Shown here piece after piece: positions 16,598 through 29,018 of a DNA stretch of 64,000 nt. The position numbers and the translations under genes were made by a program. Below the pieces are notes generated by a model. The model worked only from the letters and a program-made list of their open reading frames with translations. It searched no databases and had not been told where the DNA came from. This stretch comes from Octopus vulgaris (taxonomy: Eukaryota). Where the stretch lies: NCBI GenBank assembly GCA_951406725.2, contig OX597828.1, positions 29,512,001 to 29,576,000 of the forward strand, given 5' to 3'. Within the stretch, counting starts at the first letter, position 1, and each line of letters opens with the position of its first letter.

Positions 16598-16680
16598 TTC
16601 GTTCCTCTTGTGTGCTCCTGCTTCGCTTAGTCCATTCCTAGAATTGATTAAGCGGAGCAAGAGCACAAACGAGGACGGAA
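16598..16680 (+). ncRNA. Candidate pre-miRNA-like hairpin, probably repeat-derived
   Basis: 29-bp stem between 16604-16632 and 16646-16674 with 2 G:U pairs and 3 mismatches. The 22-mers 16611-16632 and 16648-16669 form a duplex with 2-nt 3' overhangs. Confidence 0.3.
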
Positions 16681-16930
16681 AGTGTCACTGAAAAGGTCAC
16701 AGATGTATGGCGAAAGATTTCCGGACAATGGACATGTGTTGGAATAAGAACAGTAATAAACGATTAAAGAACGAATATACAGTGCGTGTGTTTATTTGCA
16801 AAAAAAAAAAATGACCATTCCGAAATGCAACAATATATACGTATAATTAAGTATATATGCATAATACACACACTGACACACACATACACCGACACAACGA
16901 CGCACTAACACACACACACACACACACACA

Positions 16931-16967
<37 letters not shown>

Positions 16968-17067
16968 ACACAATGAAAGATGAAACAAAGTATCGATGAA
17001 AACTTATATACACATGTATAAACAACATATACATAATTAAAGACAATACAACACATACATACATACA

Positions 17068-17101
<34 letters not shown>

Positions 17102-17319
17102 CATAAATACATATATACATAAATACATACATATATACATGCAGACAGACAGACAGACAAACGGACAAACAGGCGGTCAGCTATTTGTTCAAATGTTTTG
17201 ATACTGTCACACGCCATGTCAAACAACTTAAATCAAATCATTGAATGCGTGCAAATAATGTTATAGTGTATGTCTTATTTCATCAGAGCTGACATACAAT
17301 TAGAGGTGATCCAATTCCG

Positions 17320-17478
17320 ACCACCATGCCTTGGTAAGAATCTTGCTTCCCAAACCACTTGGTACCAGGTTCAGTCCTACTGTGTAACATCTTGGGCAAA
17401 TGTCTTCTACTATAGCCTCGGGCCGACCAAAGACCAAAGCCTTGAGAATGGATTTGGGAGACGGAAACTGAAAGACGT

Positions 17479-17536
<58 letters not shown>

Positions 17537-17673
17537 GAAATTTAAATTTTGAAGTGAAACTAACGGTTCTTGTGTGTTCTTAAATGGCTTAAAAACATCT
17601 TCCACGCTGCAATTGTTTTCGTTTCCCCACACAATCTCAGATCAGGTCACTTGCTATGCAAGTATATCTCCAG

Positions 17674-17717
<44 letters not shown>

Positions 17718-17978
17718 ATATAATATATGCAAGTATGTATGTATATGTATATATTTGGGTGTGTCTTTGTGTCTGTGTTTGTTCCCCCCATCATCACTTG
17801 ACAACAGATGTTGGTGTGTTTACATCCCCGTGACTTAGCGGTTCGGCAAAAAGTTACCCAATAGAATAAGTACTAGGCTTACAAAGAATAAGTCCTGGGG
17901 TCGATTTGTTCGACTAAAGGCGGCGCTCCAGCATGGCCGCAGCCAAATGACTGAAACAAGTAAAAGAATAAAAGAATG
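17320..17978 (+). mobile_element. SINE family B with a ~140-bp insertion in its central (TA)n
   Basis: Head and body at 17320-17480, unrelated segment at 17537-17680, family B tail to 17978. Confidence 0.8.
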
Positions 17979-18599
17979 AAAGACTATGTATACCCTACGA
18001 CAACACCGTACAGTGTATGTTCTTTAATAGTATTTTTCATTTTTATTAGTTTTTTATAGAGATTTTATGGCATACTTTAAAGATCTAGTTATTTCTGACA
18101 GGTCAGGCAACTTCTGGAGAAGTTATTTGGCGAGTCGTTTGCTCGAATGTTTGTCGTTAAGGACAATACGGTGGGGACGAAAGGAAATGTTTTGCCGGTA
18201 CAGGTATATAGAGTAAGATTCCTGCTGAATTCTTTTCTCAATTTAATTTGATGTCAGTAGTAGCCCGGATATGAGAAGATTAAAAAAAGAGAAGAAAAAC
18301 ATCGTTTCCAGTCACGTGTCACTCCCTTCGTTTTGATATCTTTAACCATCGTTCATTTTGTTTAGATGAAAATAAAAACAAAAACAACAAACTTTGTCAT
18401 TATAAAATCTTCATTACAGGCACAAGGCCTAAATACAGAGGGGACATACAAAGACATTCGGGAACATAAAACACATGACGGATGATGTGAAATGAAAAAA
18501 GGAAAGAAAAAATGTAATGTAAATGATACGGCCCACTCGCTCCCGCTGCGATATGAAACCGTAGATTCCTTTTTACTTAAACTTTTAACTGCCCTAACC

Positions 18600-18819
18600 C
18601 AGTGGTTAGGGCAGCGGACTTGCGGTCGGAGGATCGCAGTTTCGATTCCCAGACCGGGCGTTGTGTGTGTTTATTGAGCGAAAAAAACACCTAAAAAAGC
18701 TCCACGAGGCTCCGGCAGGGGATGGTGGTGATCCCTGCTGTACTCTTTCACCACTCTAAAGGCGGTGCTCCAGCATGGCCGCAGTCAAATGACTGAAACA
18801 AGTACAAAAAAAAAAAAAA
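18600..18819 (+). mobile_element. Chimeric SINE: a distinct tRNA-like head fused to the family B tail and an A-run
   Basis: AGTGGTTAGGGCAGCGGACTTGCGGTCGGAGGATCGCAGTTTCGATTCCC head, then at ~18757 CTAAAGGCGGTGCTCCAGCATGGCCGCAGTCAAATGACTGAAACAAGTAC followed by an A-run. Confidence 0.75.
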
Positions 18820-19011
18820 TAACCTCTAGCCTCGCTCCAAAGCGAAACCATAACTTCCCATTTCACTTTTGCCTTAAAAAAAAAACATTGAGAAAACCTG
18901 TTCATTCGACCTTTAAAAGTTCCAGTATGAAAGAAAATAGAATGGATTTGTTGCTGTTGTTACCGTCCTCGTTGTAGTTGTTGTTTAGTGCAGAGTACAG
19001 TTGGTCGAGTA

Positions 19012-19350
19012 AAGGTAAGGTAAAGACCCCCTTCGGTCATGAGTGACCATGGGATTGCACCTAGAAAGTTACCCTCCTAGACACAAGTCCAGGCAAGGTT
19101 GTTTATGGAAGACCAGCAGTCGCCCATGCATACCAGCCTTCCTTCTCAGTGTTATCCAAGGGAAAGACAAAGGTCGATACAGCTTGGCACCTGTGACGTC
19201 GCAACTCATTTCTACAGCTGAGTGAACTGGAGCAACGTGAAATAAAGTGCCTTGCTCAAGAACACAACACGCAGCCCAGTCCGGGATTCGAGCTCACAAC
19301 CTCACGATCGTAAGCTCGACGCTCTAACCACTGAGCCATGCGCCTTCACA
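19012..19350 (-). mobile_element. SINE related to family C (same head and core, different 3' half), with TSD
   Basis: Head GTGAAGGCGCATGGCTCAGTGGTTAGAG. Flanked by AGTTGGTCGA at 18999-19008 and 19355-19364. Confidence 0.85.
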
Positions 19351-20062
19351 GGCAAGTTGGTCGAATAGATATACATATAATATGCAGATATCGAATGAGC
19401 GATTGCTGCATGCGACCGACATAAATCTTGCTCCAGGTAAGCAATATTCTTAGCGAGCAGAGGGCAATACTGCGCAATACCACCTGCAGGGGGGAAACTG
19501 TATGCGGTGACCTGTTTCTCTAGAGAGACAAGTGGTCGGCGTAGGGTTTACCTTCAACAACCACACTATGGATTTAATGGTCATATACAGTGTTTCATTG
19601 TTCTACTTCTGCCAGAAGTTTGATTTCTCGTTTCATTTCCAACCCTCTAAAGTTGATAAAATAATTACCACTGAAGTAGTAATATTTATTCAGTCAATTA
19701 TAGGAATATTTCACATAAATGTAGGGGGGGGGTCAGTAAAGGTTTTAAAAGGACAATTTATCTTGTCTCACGTGATTAAGATGGTTTTTAAACAGACTTT
19801 CTTTTGTCTTTTCTTTATTTAAGGGAGGAGAGGTATGTATATGAAAAATGCATTTAAGCATATACGTGTTTATACGTATGCAGATGAATCCAGTGTAATC
19901 CATGGGAAGGAGAGATGCAGCTGAAGAGTAGAAAGTCCAGGTAGATAATCCGTAAAAGTTCGTGGGGGATGAGAGGAGACAGGATCAACCGGTGCGATCA
20001 TATGTGTTTATACATATCAGTATGTTTATACATATGTGTATATATGTGTATATATATATATA

Positions 20063-20485
20063 GGCGCAGGAGTGGCTGTGTGGTAAGTAGCTTGCTTACC
20101 AACCACATAGTTCAGGGTTCAGTCCCACTGCGTAGCACCTTGAGCAAGTGTCTTCTACTATAGCCCCGGGCCGACCAAAGCCTTGTGAGTGGATTTGGTA
20201 GACGGGTACTGAAAGAAGCCCGTCGTATATATGTATATGCATATATATATATATGTGTGTATGTGTGTGTGTTTGCGTGTCTGTGTTTGTCCCCCCCAGC
20301 ATCGCTTGACAACCAGTGCTGGTGTGTTTACGTCCCCGTCACTTAGCGGTTCGGCAAAACGAACTGATAGAATAAGTACTAGGCTTACAAAGAATAAGTC
20401 CTGGGGTCGATTTGCTCGACTAAAGGCGGTGCTCCAGCATGGCCACAGTCAAATGACTGAAACAAGTAAAAAAAAGAGTAAAAGA

Positions 20486-20487
<2 letters not shown>
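20063..20487 (+). mobile_element. SINE family B, full-length copy
   Basis: Runs from GGCGCAGGAGTGGCTGTGTGGTAAG (A-box-like) and GGTTCAGTCCC (B-box-like) through to the GAAACAAGTAAAA..GAGTAAAAGAG tail. Confidence 0.92.
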
Positions 20488-20522
<35 letters not shown>

Positions 20523-20969
20523 CACGCACATACTTATATATGTGTATATATTTGCATGTATGCGTATATCTATAAACATGTATACATGCAGGTATATATG
20601 CGAATGTATATCTACATGCATATATGCATGTATATATTTGAAGATATATTTGTACATGCATACATTCATACATGCATACACATATACATATATACATGCG
20701 TATATGTGAGTGTGTGTGTGTGTGTGTGCGTGCGTGCGTGCGTGTGAGATATTGGTGAGTGGCAGAAACCTCATTTTACCATTATAGGCCAAATGCATCG
20801 CAATATTTAATTAACTTCCTGTATATGATCGGTTCAAATCTGACCGGACTCGTCTTCCCTCGAACATGTGTTAATAAAATAAATATCAGATCAGATACAA
20901 TTGAACACGTTCCTCGCATAAAAATACGCAGCGTCTAACTGATGTGAGAAGCTGATAATGATGATAATG

Positions 20970-21017
<48 letters not shown>

Positions 21018-21138
21018 TAAGAATTACAGCGTTAGAGTAATTGTCTTGCAGCGGGTAATTTTATGTTTTCGTTCCAAATTCAAACCCCATCGTCTCAACT
21101 ATTCCAATAGGATCGATAATGTAATATACAAAGTTTGG

Positions 21139-21563
<425 letters not shown>

Positions 21564-21695
21564 GTTTTAAAAATGAAGTTAGAACCAAACAGCGATTTTT
21601 GAAATCATTTAATATGTACATTTCAGGCTTGCGTCACATAAATAGGGTGGGCATCCATTACGTAAACCCTCCTCAGTTAAAACATGCAGATACTC

Positions 21696-21879
21696 CAGTT
21701 CTATATTTAAGAGATGAAGAATTATGTACATTATTTTCAATTGACGTATATTTGTCCTCATCTTGTTTGTTATTAACACGTTTCGGTTGATATACCTCCC
21801 AGCCTTCGTCATGTGCCTTGGGGAAATTTCGAACCTGGATTCTCATTCATAAGGTATATTTCGATGTTGTTGTTGTTGC

Positions 21880-21950
<71 letters not shown>

Positions 21951-22203
21951 TCGCTGCCTGGAATCGAACTCGGAATCTTTGGATTAAGAGCGCGGACTAC
22001 TAACCCCGATTCCAAGTTCGATTCCAAACAGTGACCTAACAACAACAACAACAACAACATCGAAAAATACCTTAGGAATGAGAACCCAGGTTCGAAATTT
22101 CTCCAAGACACCTGATGAAGGCTGGAATATATATCAGCCGAAACGTTGTGTTAACAACAAACAAGATGAGGACAAATATCCTCAGTTGTAAATAATGTAA
22201 ATA
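21696..22203. mobile_element. Head-to-head palindromic insertion of a tRNA-headed, hammerhead-containing short retroelement
   Basis: Left arm (minus, ~21696-21981) and right arm (plus, ~21982-22203) are diverged reverse complements. The pair is flanked by the direct repeat ATGCAGATACTC at 21684-21695 and 22204-22215. Confidence 0.85.
22107..22152 (+). ncRNA. Minimal type I hammerhead ribozyme (Penelope-type)
   Basis: GACAC-CTGATGA-A-GGCTG-(gaatatatat)-CAGCC-GAAA-CGTT-GTGTT. Intact CUGAUGA and GAAA core, 5-bp stem II, stem I GACAC/GTGTT, and a palindromic ACGU in place of stem III. Confidence 0.72.
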
Positions 22204-22469
22204 ATGCAGATACTCTAACAACGTTTTGGAATAGTATTTCATATTTGACTCGGGTCGAAAGTCCTGGCACCGCGCACCGTTTCTTAACGTTTCATATGAG
22301 TATGTCTGTGTGTGTATGCGTGTAGTGAGGGTTGCAGAATACAAAATAAATGGTAAACTCCTGACATGTAGTAAGGTTCTTCTTTCCTTTGTAGTGCTGG
22401 CTCCCTTGAGATAACATAGATGTGTCATTACAACCATTCTCCTTCCTTCTAAGTAGGAGACTCGATTTG

Positions 22470-22765
22470 CAGCCATGTGGCTCGGGTTTCAGTCCCACTG
22501 CACGTCAATTTAGAAAAGTGTCTTCTGATCTGGAAGGCCGTCGTGTGTGTGTGTTTGTTTGTTTGTTTGCCCCCACACCACTTGACGACCAGTGTTGGTT
22601 TGTTTTCATTTCCGTAAGCTAGCGGTTCGGCACACGAGATCGATGGAATAAGTATCAGATTCATAAAAATAACTATAGGGGCCGATTCTTTTCGACTAAA
22701 ACCGCTCAAGCTGCACCTTAGCAATGGCCGCAGTCCATGACTGAAACGAATAAAAGAAAAGATAA
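22470..22765 (+). mobile_element. SINE family B, diverged
   Basis: TTCAGTCCCACTGC, TAGCGGTTCGGC and ATGGCCGCAGTCCATGACTGAAAC motifs. Confidence 0.72.
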
Positions 22766-22790
22766 CGATTAGTTTACAGTTAATGTTCTT

Positions 22791-23205
22791 ATTTCTTTAC
22801 TGCCCACAAAGGGCTACACACACAGGGGGCAAACAAGGACAGACAAACGGATTAAGTCGATTATATCGACCCCGCGTAACTGGTACTTATCTAATCGATC
22901 CCAAAAGGATGAAAGGCAAAGTCGACCTCGGTGGAATTTGAACTCAGAACGTAACGGCAGACGAAATACCTATTTCTTTACTGCCCACAGAGGGACTAAA
23001 CACAAAGAGGACAAGCAAGGACAGACAAACGGATTAAGTCGATTACGTCGACCCCAGTGCTTAACTGGTTCTCAATTTATCGACCCCGAAAGGATGAAAG
23101 GCAAAGTCGACCTCGGCGATAAATTTGAACTCGGAACGTAACGGCAGACGAAATACGGCTACGCATTTCGCCCGGCGTGCTAACGTCTCTGCCAGCTCAC
23201 CGCCT
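22791..23205 (-). mobile_element. Tandem dimer of SINE family A
   Basis: A full copy at ~22972-23205 abuts a 5'-truncated copy at ~22791-22970. Confidence 0.9.
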
Positions 23206-24159
23206 TAGCAGTTTATGTTCTGTTAATAAATGTGCGTGTCAATAAACAACAGGAAAGTCTAAAAGCGTCATGGTGAAAGAAAAAAAAAATCGTTGATAGA
23301 GGATTATAAGATTTGAAGTGAAGCAGAAGAGCTATAATATTCTCTTCCTGATTCCTGTTTTGGTTTAACGTGAGGTGAGCCCTGATCGAGCATACCAAAG
23401 ATCAAAAACATTCCAGCTTTGCTTAAACTTTGGTTCTTATTTAGTTTTTTTTTATTTTCATGAGGCATGATGTATTTTGAGATTGAATTGGTTATTATTT
23501 CTTGCAGGTTAAGCAATCCCATAGCAGCTCTCATTTGCTCAGCCTTTCTTGTTGTTGTTATTGTTGCGCTTTCAAGTATACTTATGATATAAAGCAGTCC
23601 AGTCGTGACCTTCCAGCTTTTTAAGATATTTTGGACTATATAATTTAACGTTTTCGATTTTTGAGGACGGGGTGGTGTGATATTCCAGATATTTTACCGC
23701 TATTTGTAGCAAGTTTAGCAAACTATTTTGGTGACCCCATGCTGGTTACATCCTCTATCGGTATAGCTACCCGAGATGATCTCAGTACTGCTGTTAAAAT
23801 AACAAATACTCGCTATAGAAAGTCATTGGTAGGCATTTTAATCAATTACTTAATGGCTGAAAATATCTGTGTTCTATCGGCAGCGCTGTGAAGTGCTAGC
23901 AATAAAGGGACTTAACTCTCAACTGATCACCTATCTCTTAAGTCGCAGGTCATCCTGATCGATCAAATTTTGATCAACGGCGTTCAAACCATAACCACCC
24001 TGTCGATTTCTTTGTTTTTCGGGCTGTATAAGCCAAGAATACTTAATCCAATGTTTCTCGTCCCTTATTTTTCAAGATCATTATTGAATGCCTTGAAGCA
24101 GATTTGGCTGCTATTTCTAGCCGGTTAAAAGAGCTTAAATATATTCTCGCTTCACAGGT

Positions 24160-24556
24160 TATCTTTTATCTTTTACTTGTTTCAGTAAAACTGGACTGCG
24201 GCTATGCTGGAGCACCACCTTGAACTGTTTTATTGAACAAATTGACCCCAGTGCATATACTTTTAAAGTTTGATACATATTCTATCTATCTATTTAGCTG
24301 AACCGCTAAGTTATAGAGACGTAAACAAACCAATACCGGTTGTATAGTGGTAGCGAGGGGACAAACATGCATACATATACGACGGTCATCCGTACTATTT
24401 CTGTTTACCAAATTCACTTACAAAGCATTGATCGGCTGGGACCCGGGGCTAGAGTAGAAGACACTTGCCCAAGGTGCCACACAATGGGACTGAACCGGAA
24501 GCCACATGGTTACAAAGCGAACTTTGTGCAATCCTTAACCACATAGCCATGCCTAC
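24160..24556 (-). mobile_element. SINE family B, diverged full length
   Basis: Reverse-complement tail at 24160 and head AACCACATAGCCATGCC near 24550. Confidence 0.8.
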
Positions 24557-25277
24557 GCCGATGGTCGAGAGCAATGTCGTAAGTGAAGGAAGCTTTGAAC
24601 AACTGAAGAGAATTGTCTTACTGTGTAGTAACAAATTTAACTCATTCTTTTCAATATAAAAGCAGGATGAAGAGTTTTTGTATCAGCTGCGAGTGTTGCC
24701 AGGGGTGATGCTTCAACCTAATTGGTCATATGTGCGTCACATGATGATGGATGGAGTTAGGTCTGTGAAGATTGAAGAGGTGTACATTTTTTTACTTGAT
24801 AGAAGAAGGCACTCCTAGAGGGGTCGATACCTTCAGGGTTCCACTTGAGCTTTTGCTAGTCAACACTGAAACTGGGATGGAATTCCGGTGGGAGTTGTTC
24901 TGAGGAGGAAGGATTGCACTCAGTGATTTGTATGGTGCCTCGGGGATTGAACTCAAGATATGAGTAGAAGAAGAGTGACGGATTGGCTGGGAATACTTGA
25001 GGCTAAGTTGGGAATGCTTGAGGGGAAGTTGGGAATGCTCGAGTGAAGGTGTCAGAAGTAGAGCCACCTCTGAGGAACAGAGGCTATTATAGTAGCGGTA
25101 GAAAAAATAGAGTGGGGGAGACTCAACACGTGTGAATCAGAGACTGGGGTGTGTCTGTGAGTGGCCAGTGGTCAGTGTAATCGATTAACTCCTTCACGCG
25201 AAATTGCTGGCTTTGTACCAAAATCTGAAATCAATATTAGTTGTTGAGTTATTGATCTCTTTCCTTTACCGTGTTCC

Positions 25278-26160
25278 TTTTATCTCATTTACATGTTTCA
25301 GTCTTTGGACTGCGGCCATGCTGGAGCTCGCTTATTTTAAAGCCTGGTATTTACACTGTTTCTTTTGCCGAACCGCTAACTTACAGGGATGTCAACAAAC
25401 CAACACTAGTTGACAAGCGATGGTGGGTGGCACACACACATACCGTAAATCCTCGAGTATAATCCGCATTTCCCCCCGCAAAATTTAAAGGTCAACATCC
25501 CTAGTGCGTACTATATACGAGGTTAAAAATGAAAATTATTTTCTAAGCAATGTCCGAGCCTCTATTTGCTGTCCGGCAATGTTTATTCAAACGCATTTTG
25601 TAATGTCAGGCGCGAAAATACCTTAAGCTAAGCCTGAAAGCAATGAAGTCATAAAAGAATCATCCATAACTTGCAGTAAGCAACATTTATTAAACGTTAT
25701 TACTGTTAATACTGTTATTTCTTTATTTTCTGCAAACAAAATGCACAAAAAAGCTACAGGTTTGCATTATGTTATATATACAATAACAATAAAGACGTTA
25801 CCGTATACATTTTTTAAAAACAAGGACGTTATATAGACCTCCTTGACTCAAGTTAGAGAAGGGGTGCGTATTATACACAAGGTTTAGGTTTTTCAGAAGT
25901 ACAGCCCCCTAAAATTACCCTGCGTATTATACTCCAGGGAGGACTATACTCAAGGATTTACGGTACACACATACACGCATACACACACACTGGCATACAT
26001 ACGCACACTGCAGGCTTCTTTCAGTTTCCATCTACCAAATCCACTCATAATGTCGGCCCGGTTTATAGTAGAAGACACTTGCCCACGGTGTCGCGCAGTG
26101 GGCCTGAACCCAAGACCACATGGGTGGGAAGCAAGCTTCCAAACCACACAACCAACGCCC
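25278..26160 (-). mobile_element. SINE family B interrupted by a MITE
   Basis: Tail half at 25278-25440 and head half at 25966-26160 flank the MITE. Confidence 0.8.
25441..25965. mobile_element. Non-autonomous pogo/Tc2-like MITE (CCGTA termini, TA duplication)
   Basis: TIRs TACCGTAAATCCTCGAGTATA and TATACTCAAGGATTTACGGTA (1 mismatch), with subterminal TGCGTA(T/C)TATA repeats. No ORF. Confidence 0.88.
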
Positions 26161-26394
26161 AAGATACTATTTGAAGGCGCGTGGCCACCACAGAGAAGCC
26201 TCGTCTTCATCTTGGTAGAATGACATTAGTTGTAACACACTGTGACAGAATTCTTTTCATACGTACCTTTTAGCTATTGTTTTCTATTTTCTCTCACACG
26301 GACGCAGTTTCTGAGCAATAAAAGGCGGTAACTCATTTGTTATGTGTTCTGTAGGGCGAGCGTACACACACGTGTTTCAAGGCGAATGTAGATA

Positions 26395-26648
26395 TCTTTT
26401 TTAACTGTTTCATTCATTGGACTTCGGCCATGCTGGGGCACCACATTGAAAGGCTTAGGTGAACAAATTAACTACAGTACTTATTTTAAAGTCTGGTACT
26501 TGTTCTACCAATATCTTTTTACCGAACCGCTAAGTTACGGGGACGTAAACAAACCAACAGTTGTCAAGTGATGCTTGGGAACGAACACACACACACACAC
26601 TGTTATATTTTGGAGGAATCTTGCAAAACATATACATAAATGCGTGTG

Positions 26649-26746
<98 letters not shown>

Positions 26747-26895
26747 CGATGGGCTTCTTCCAGTTTCCGTCTACCAAGTCCTCTCACAAGGCTTTGGTCG
26801 GGGCTATATTAGAAGACACCTATTGAAGTTGCTGTACAGTAGGATTGAACCCAAGCCCGCATGATTGGGAAGCGGGCTTCTAATCCACACAGACA
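26395..26895 (-). mobile_element. SINE family B, diverged
   Basis: GGCCATGCTGGGGCACC, GAACCGCTAAGTTACGGGGACGTAAAC and CAGTTTCCGTCTACCAA motifs. Confidence 0.8.
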
Positions 26896-27247
26896 ATAGT
26901 ATCAGGTGTGAAAGTATGTTGTGCTATAAACCTTTATGCATACCTGCACACACACACACACACATACACACAAACCATGGTTTGATTGTACTTGTTAAAC
27001 ATGTAAGTGTGTGTGTGTGTGTGTTCATGCGGGTGACATTAAGCTAAACGAGAATCTTTGCGCACGTGAGCGTGTTTGTTTCTAAGTTTATTTGGTCTGC
27101 AACTGGTGTTCTTTTTTTTATTTGACAATAGAAACTTTTCAAAAGATGATTTTTATGTGCGAATATTGCTTTGGTGTGTTTATACGCGTGAATGTATATG
27201 TGTGTAAGTTACAAAGACTATTGCATGATACAAAGATAGATAAATAG

Positions 27248-27325
<78 letters not shown>

Positions 27326-27656
27326 AGATAGATAGATAGATAGATAGATAAGGAGAGAGATAAAGTGAGAGAAGTAGAACGAGTTAGAATAAGGTGGTTT
27401 TGTAAAGAAGGCAGACTTTCGTAGTGCAGTTCTTTCTGGTTTAATAATATCAACGAATCGCATCAATTCAAATTCACGTCAAGCTATGTCATAGTGTTAG
27501 CTACAATGGCTACAGTTAGATATAAATGTACAGGCGACACACAGTCTATTTTTGGTTCTACCCTTCGCTTAAAGGTCGTCTTTATAGAAAACTGACTGAA
27601 TTAGATCATATAATATAATAGTGTAGAGAGAATGAGAGAAGAGTGACAGAAAGAAG

Positions 27657-27707
<51 letters not shown>

Positions 27708-28285
27708 ATGAGGTTGGTTGAGTATAAGCATGACGTGACACTTAACTGAAAAGTTGTGATGTTCATGTCCTCCCACTGGTAATATGCAGAGAGTTTCGTC
27801 TGTGGTCAGGGAACTAAGGGCGGATCTAAATATCTCTAAATACGTGCCTTAGGTTGACAGCAATTTATTAAATCGCAGTAGTTGTAACCGCAGTAACCGT
27901 AGCAGCAGCACTGTAGCAATAATAGCAGCAGCAGCAGCAGTAGCAGCGCTGTAGAATTGACGAGTCTTTTCGTTGGTCTGCAGTGTCTGAGAGTTCAATT
28001 CTTCGAGCAGTAGCAAAATGGTTTAGTCGAAGAAGTTAAACATTCTACACAACTAGAAATATATTATTATCTACTTAACTTTAGTTTAGGTCTGTCATGA
28101 ACCTTCGAGCTCCCAAGGTCGGAATTTAATCTCGTTTCCATGGTGTGTAAGTGACTGAGATTACAATGGTGCGTGTTGTCTTAGATCAGTTTGATGGTTG
28201 GTGAAGTAAAATGGCAGACGTACTTTTGCATAATCGGTGTCAGCCCCGTTCCTCAACAAGTTCCTCTGTTCTGTCTTAAACTTTT

Positions 28286-28385
28286 NNNNNNNNNNNNNNN
28301 NNNNNNNNNNNNNNNNNNNNNNNNNNNNNNNNNNNNNNNNNNNNNNNNNNNNNNNNNNNNNNNNNNNNNNNNNNNNNNNNNNNNN
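28286..28385. other. Assembly gap (100 N)
   Basis: Run of 100 n. Contiguity across it is not established by sequence. Confidence 1.
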
Positions 28386-28687
28386 TGGAGGTGCAGGTGA
28401 AGGAGTGGATGATGGGATAGGGTCGATGGTGGGTGCTAGTGAGGCGGTGGTGTTGAACATATATATATATATATATATATATTATACACACGCATGCACA
28501 AAGACAAGAAAAATTAATTCTGTATTATTCTAGAGTGGTAAATTTTCTTGGATATGATATATACATCTATACGTTTCCATTTAAATATACATTTAAATCA
28601 ACCTTAGGAGGCAAGTAAAATAAATTATGGAGAGTAATGAAAGCGACATTGTATGGTAAAAACATTGCTAAATGCTTATGTTGGGAA

Positions 28688-28819
28688 ATGGTTTATTATA
28701 AATAGAGAAAGAAGAGAGTAAATTGAGTTGAAGTGTAAAATTCGAAATAAAATTACTTGAAAGTATAAAATGAGAGAGATAAAACTACACACACACACAC
28801 ATACACACACACACACACA

Positions 28820-28864
<45 letters not shown>

Positions 28865-28887
28865 ACATGTATGTATATATGTATGTG

Positions 28888-28929
<42 letters not shown>

Positions 28930-28935
28930 CATATA

Positions 28936-29018
<83 letters not shown>

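Noticed and set aside
24986-25050. Three ~21-bp tandem repeats within a Pro/Ser-rich minus-strand ORF
   Set aside because: Short degenerate minisatellite with no recognisable domain or exon structure.
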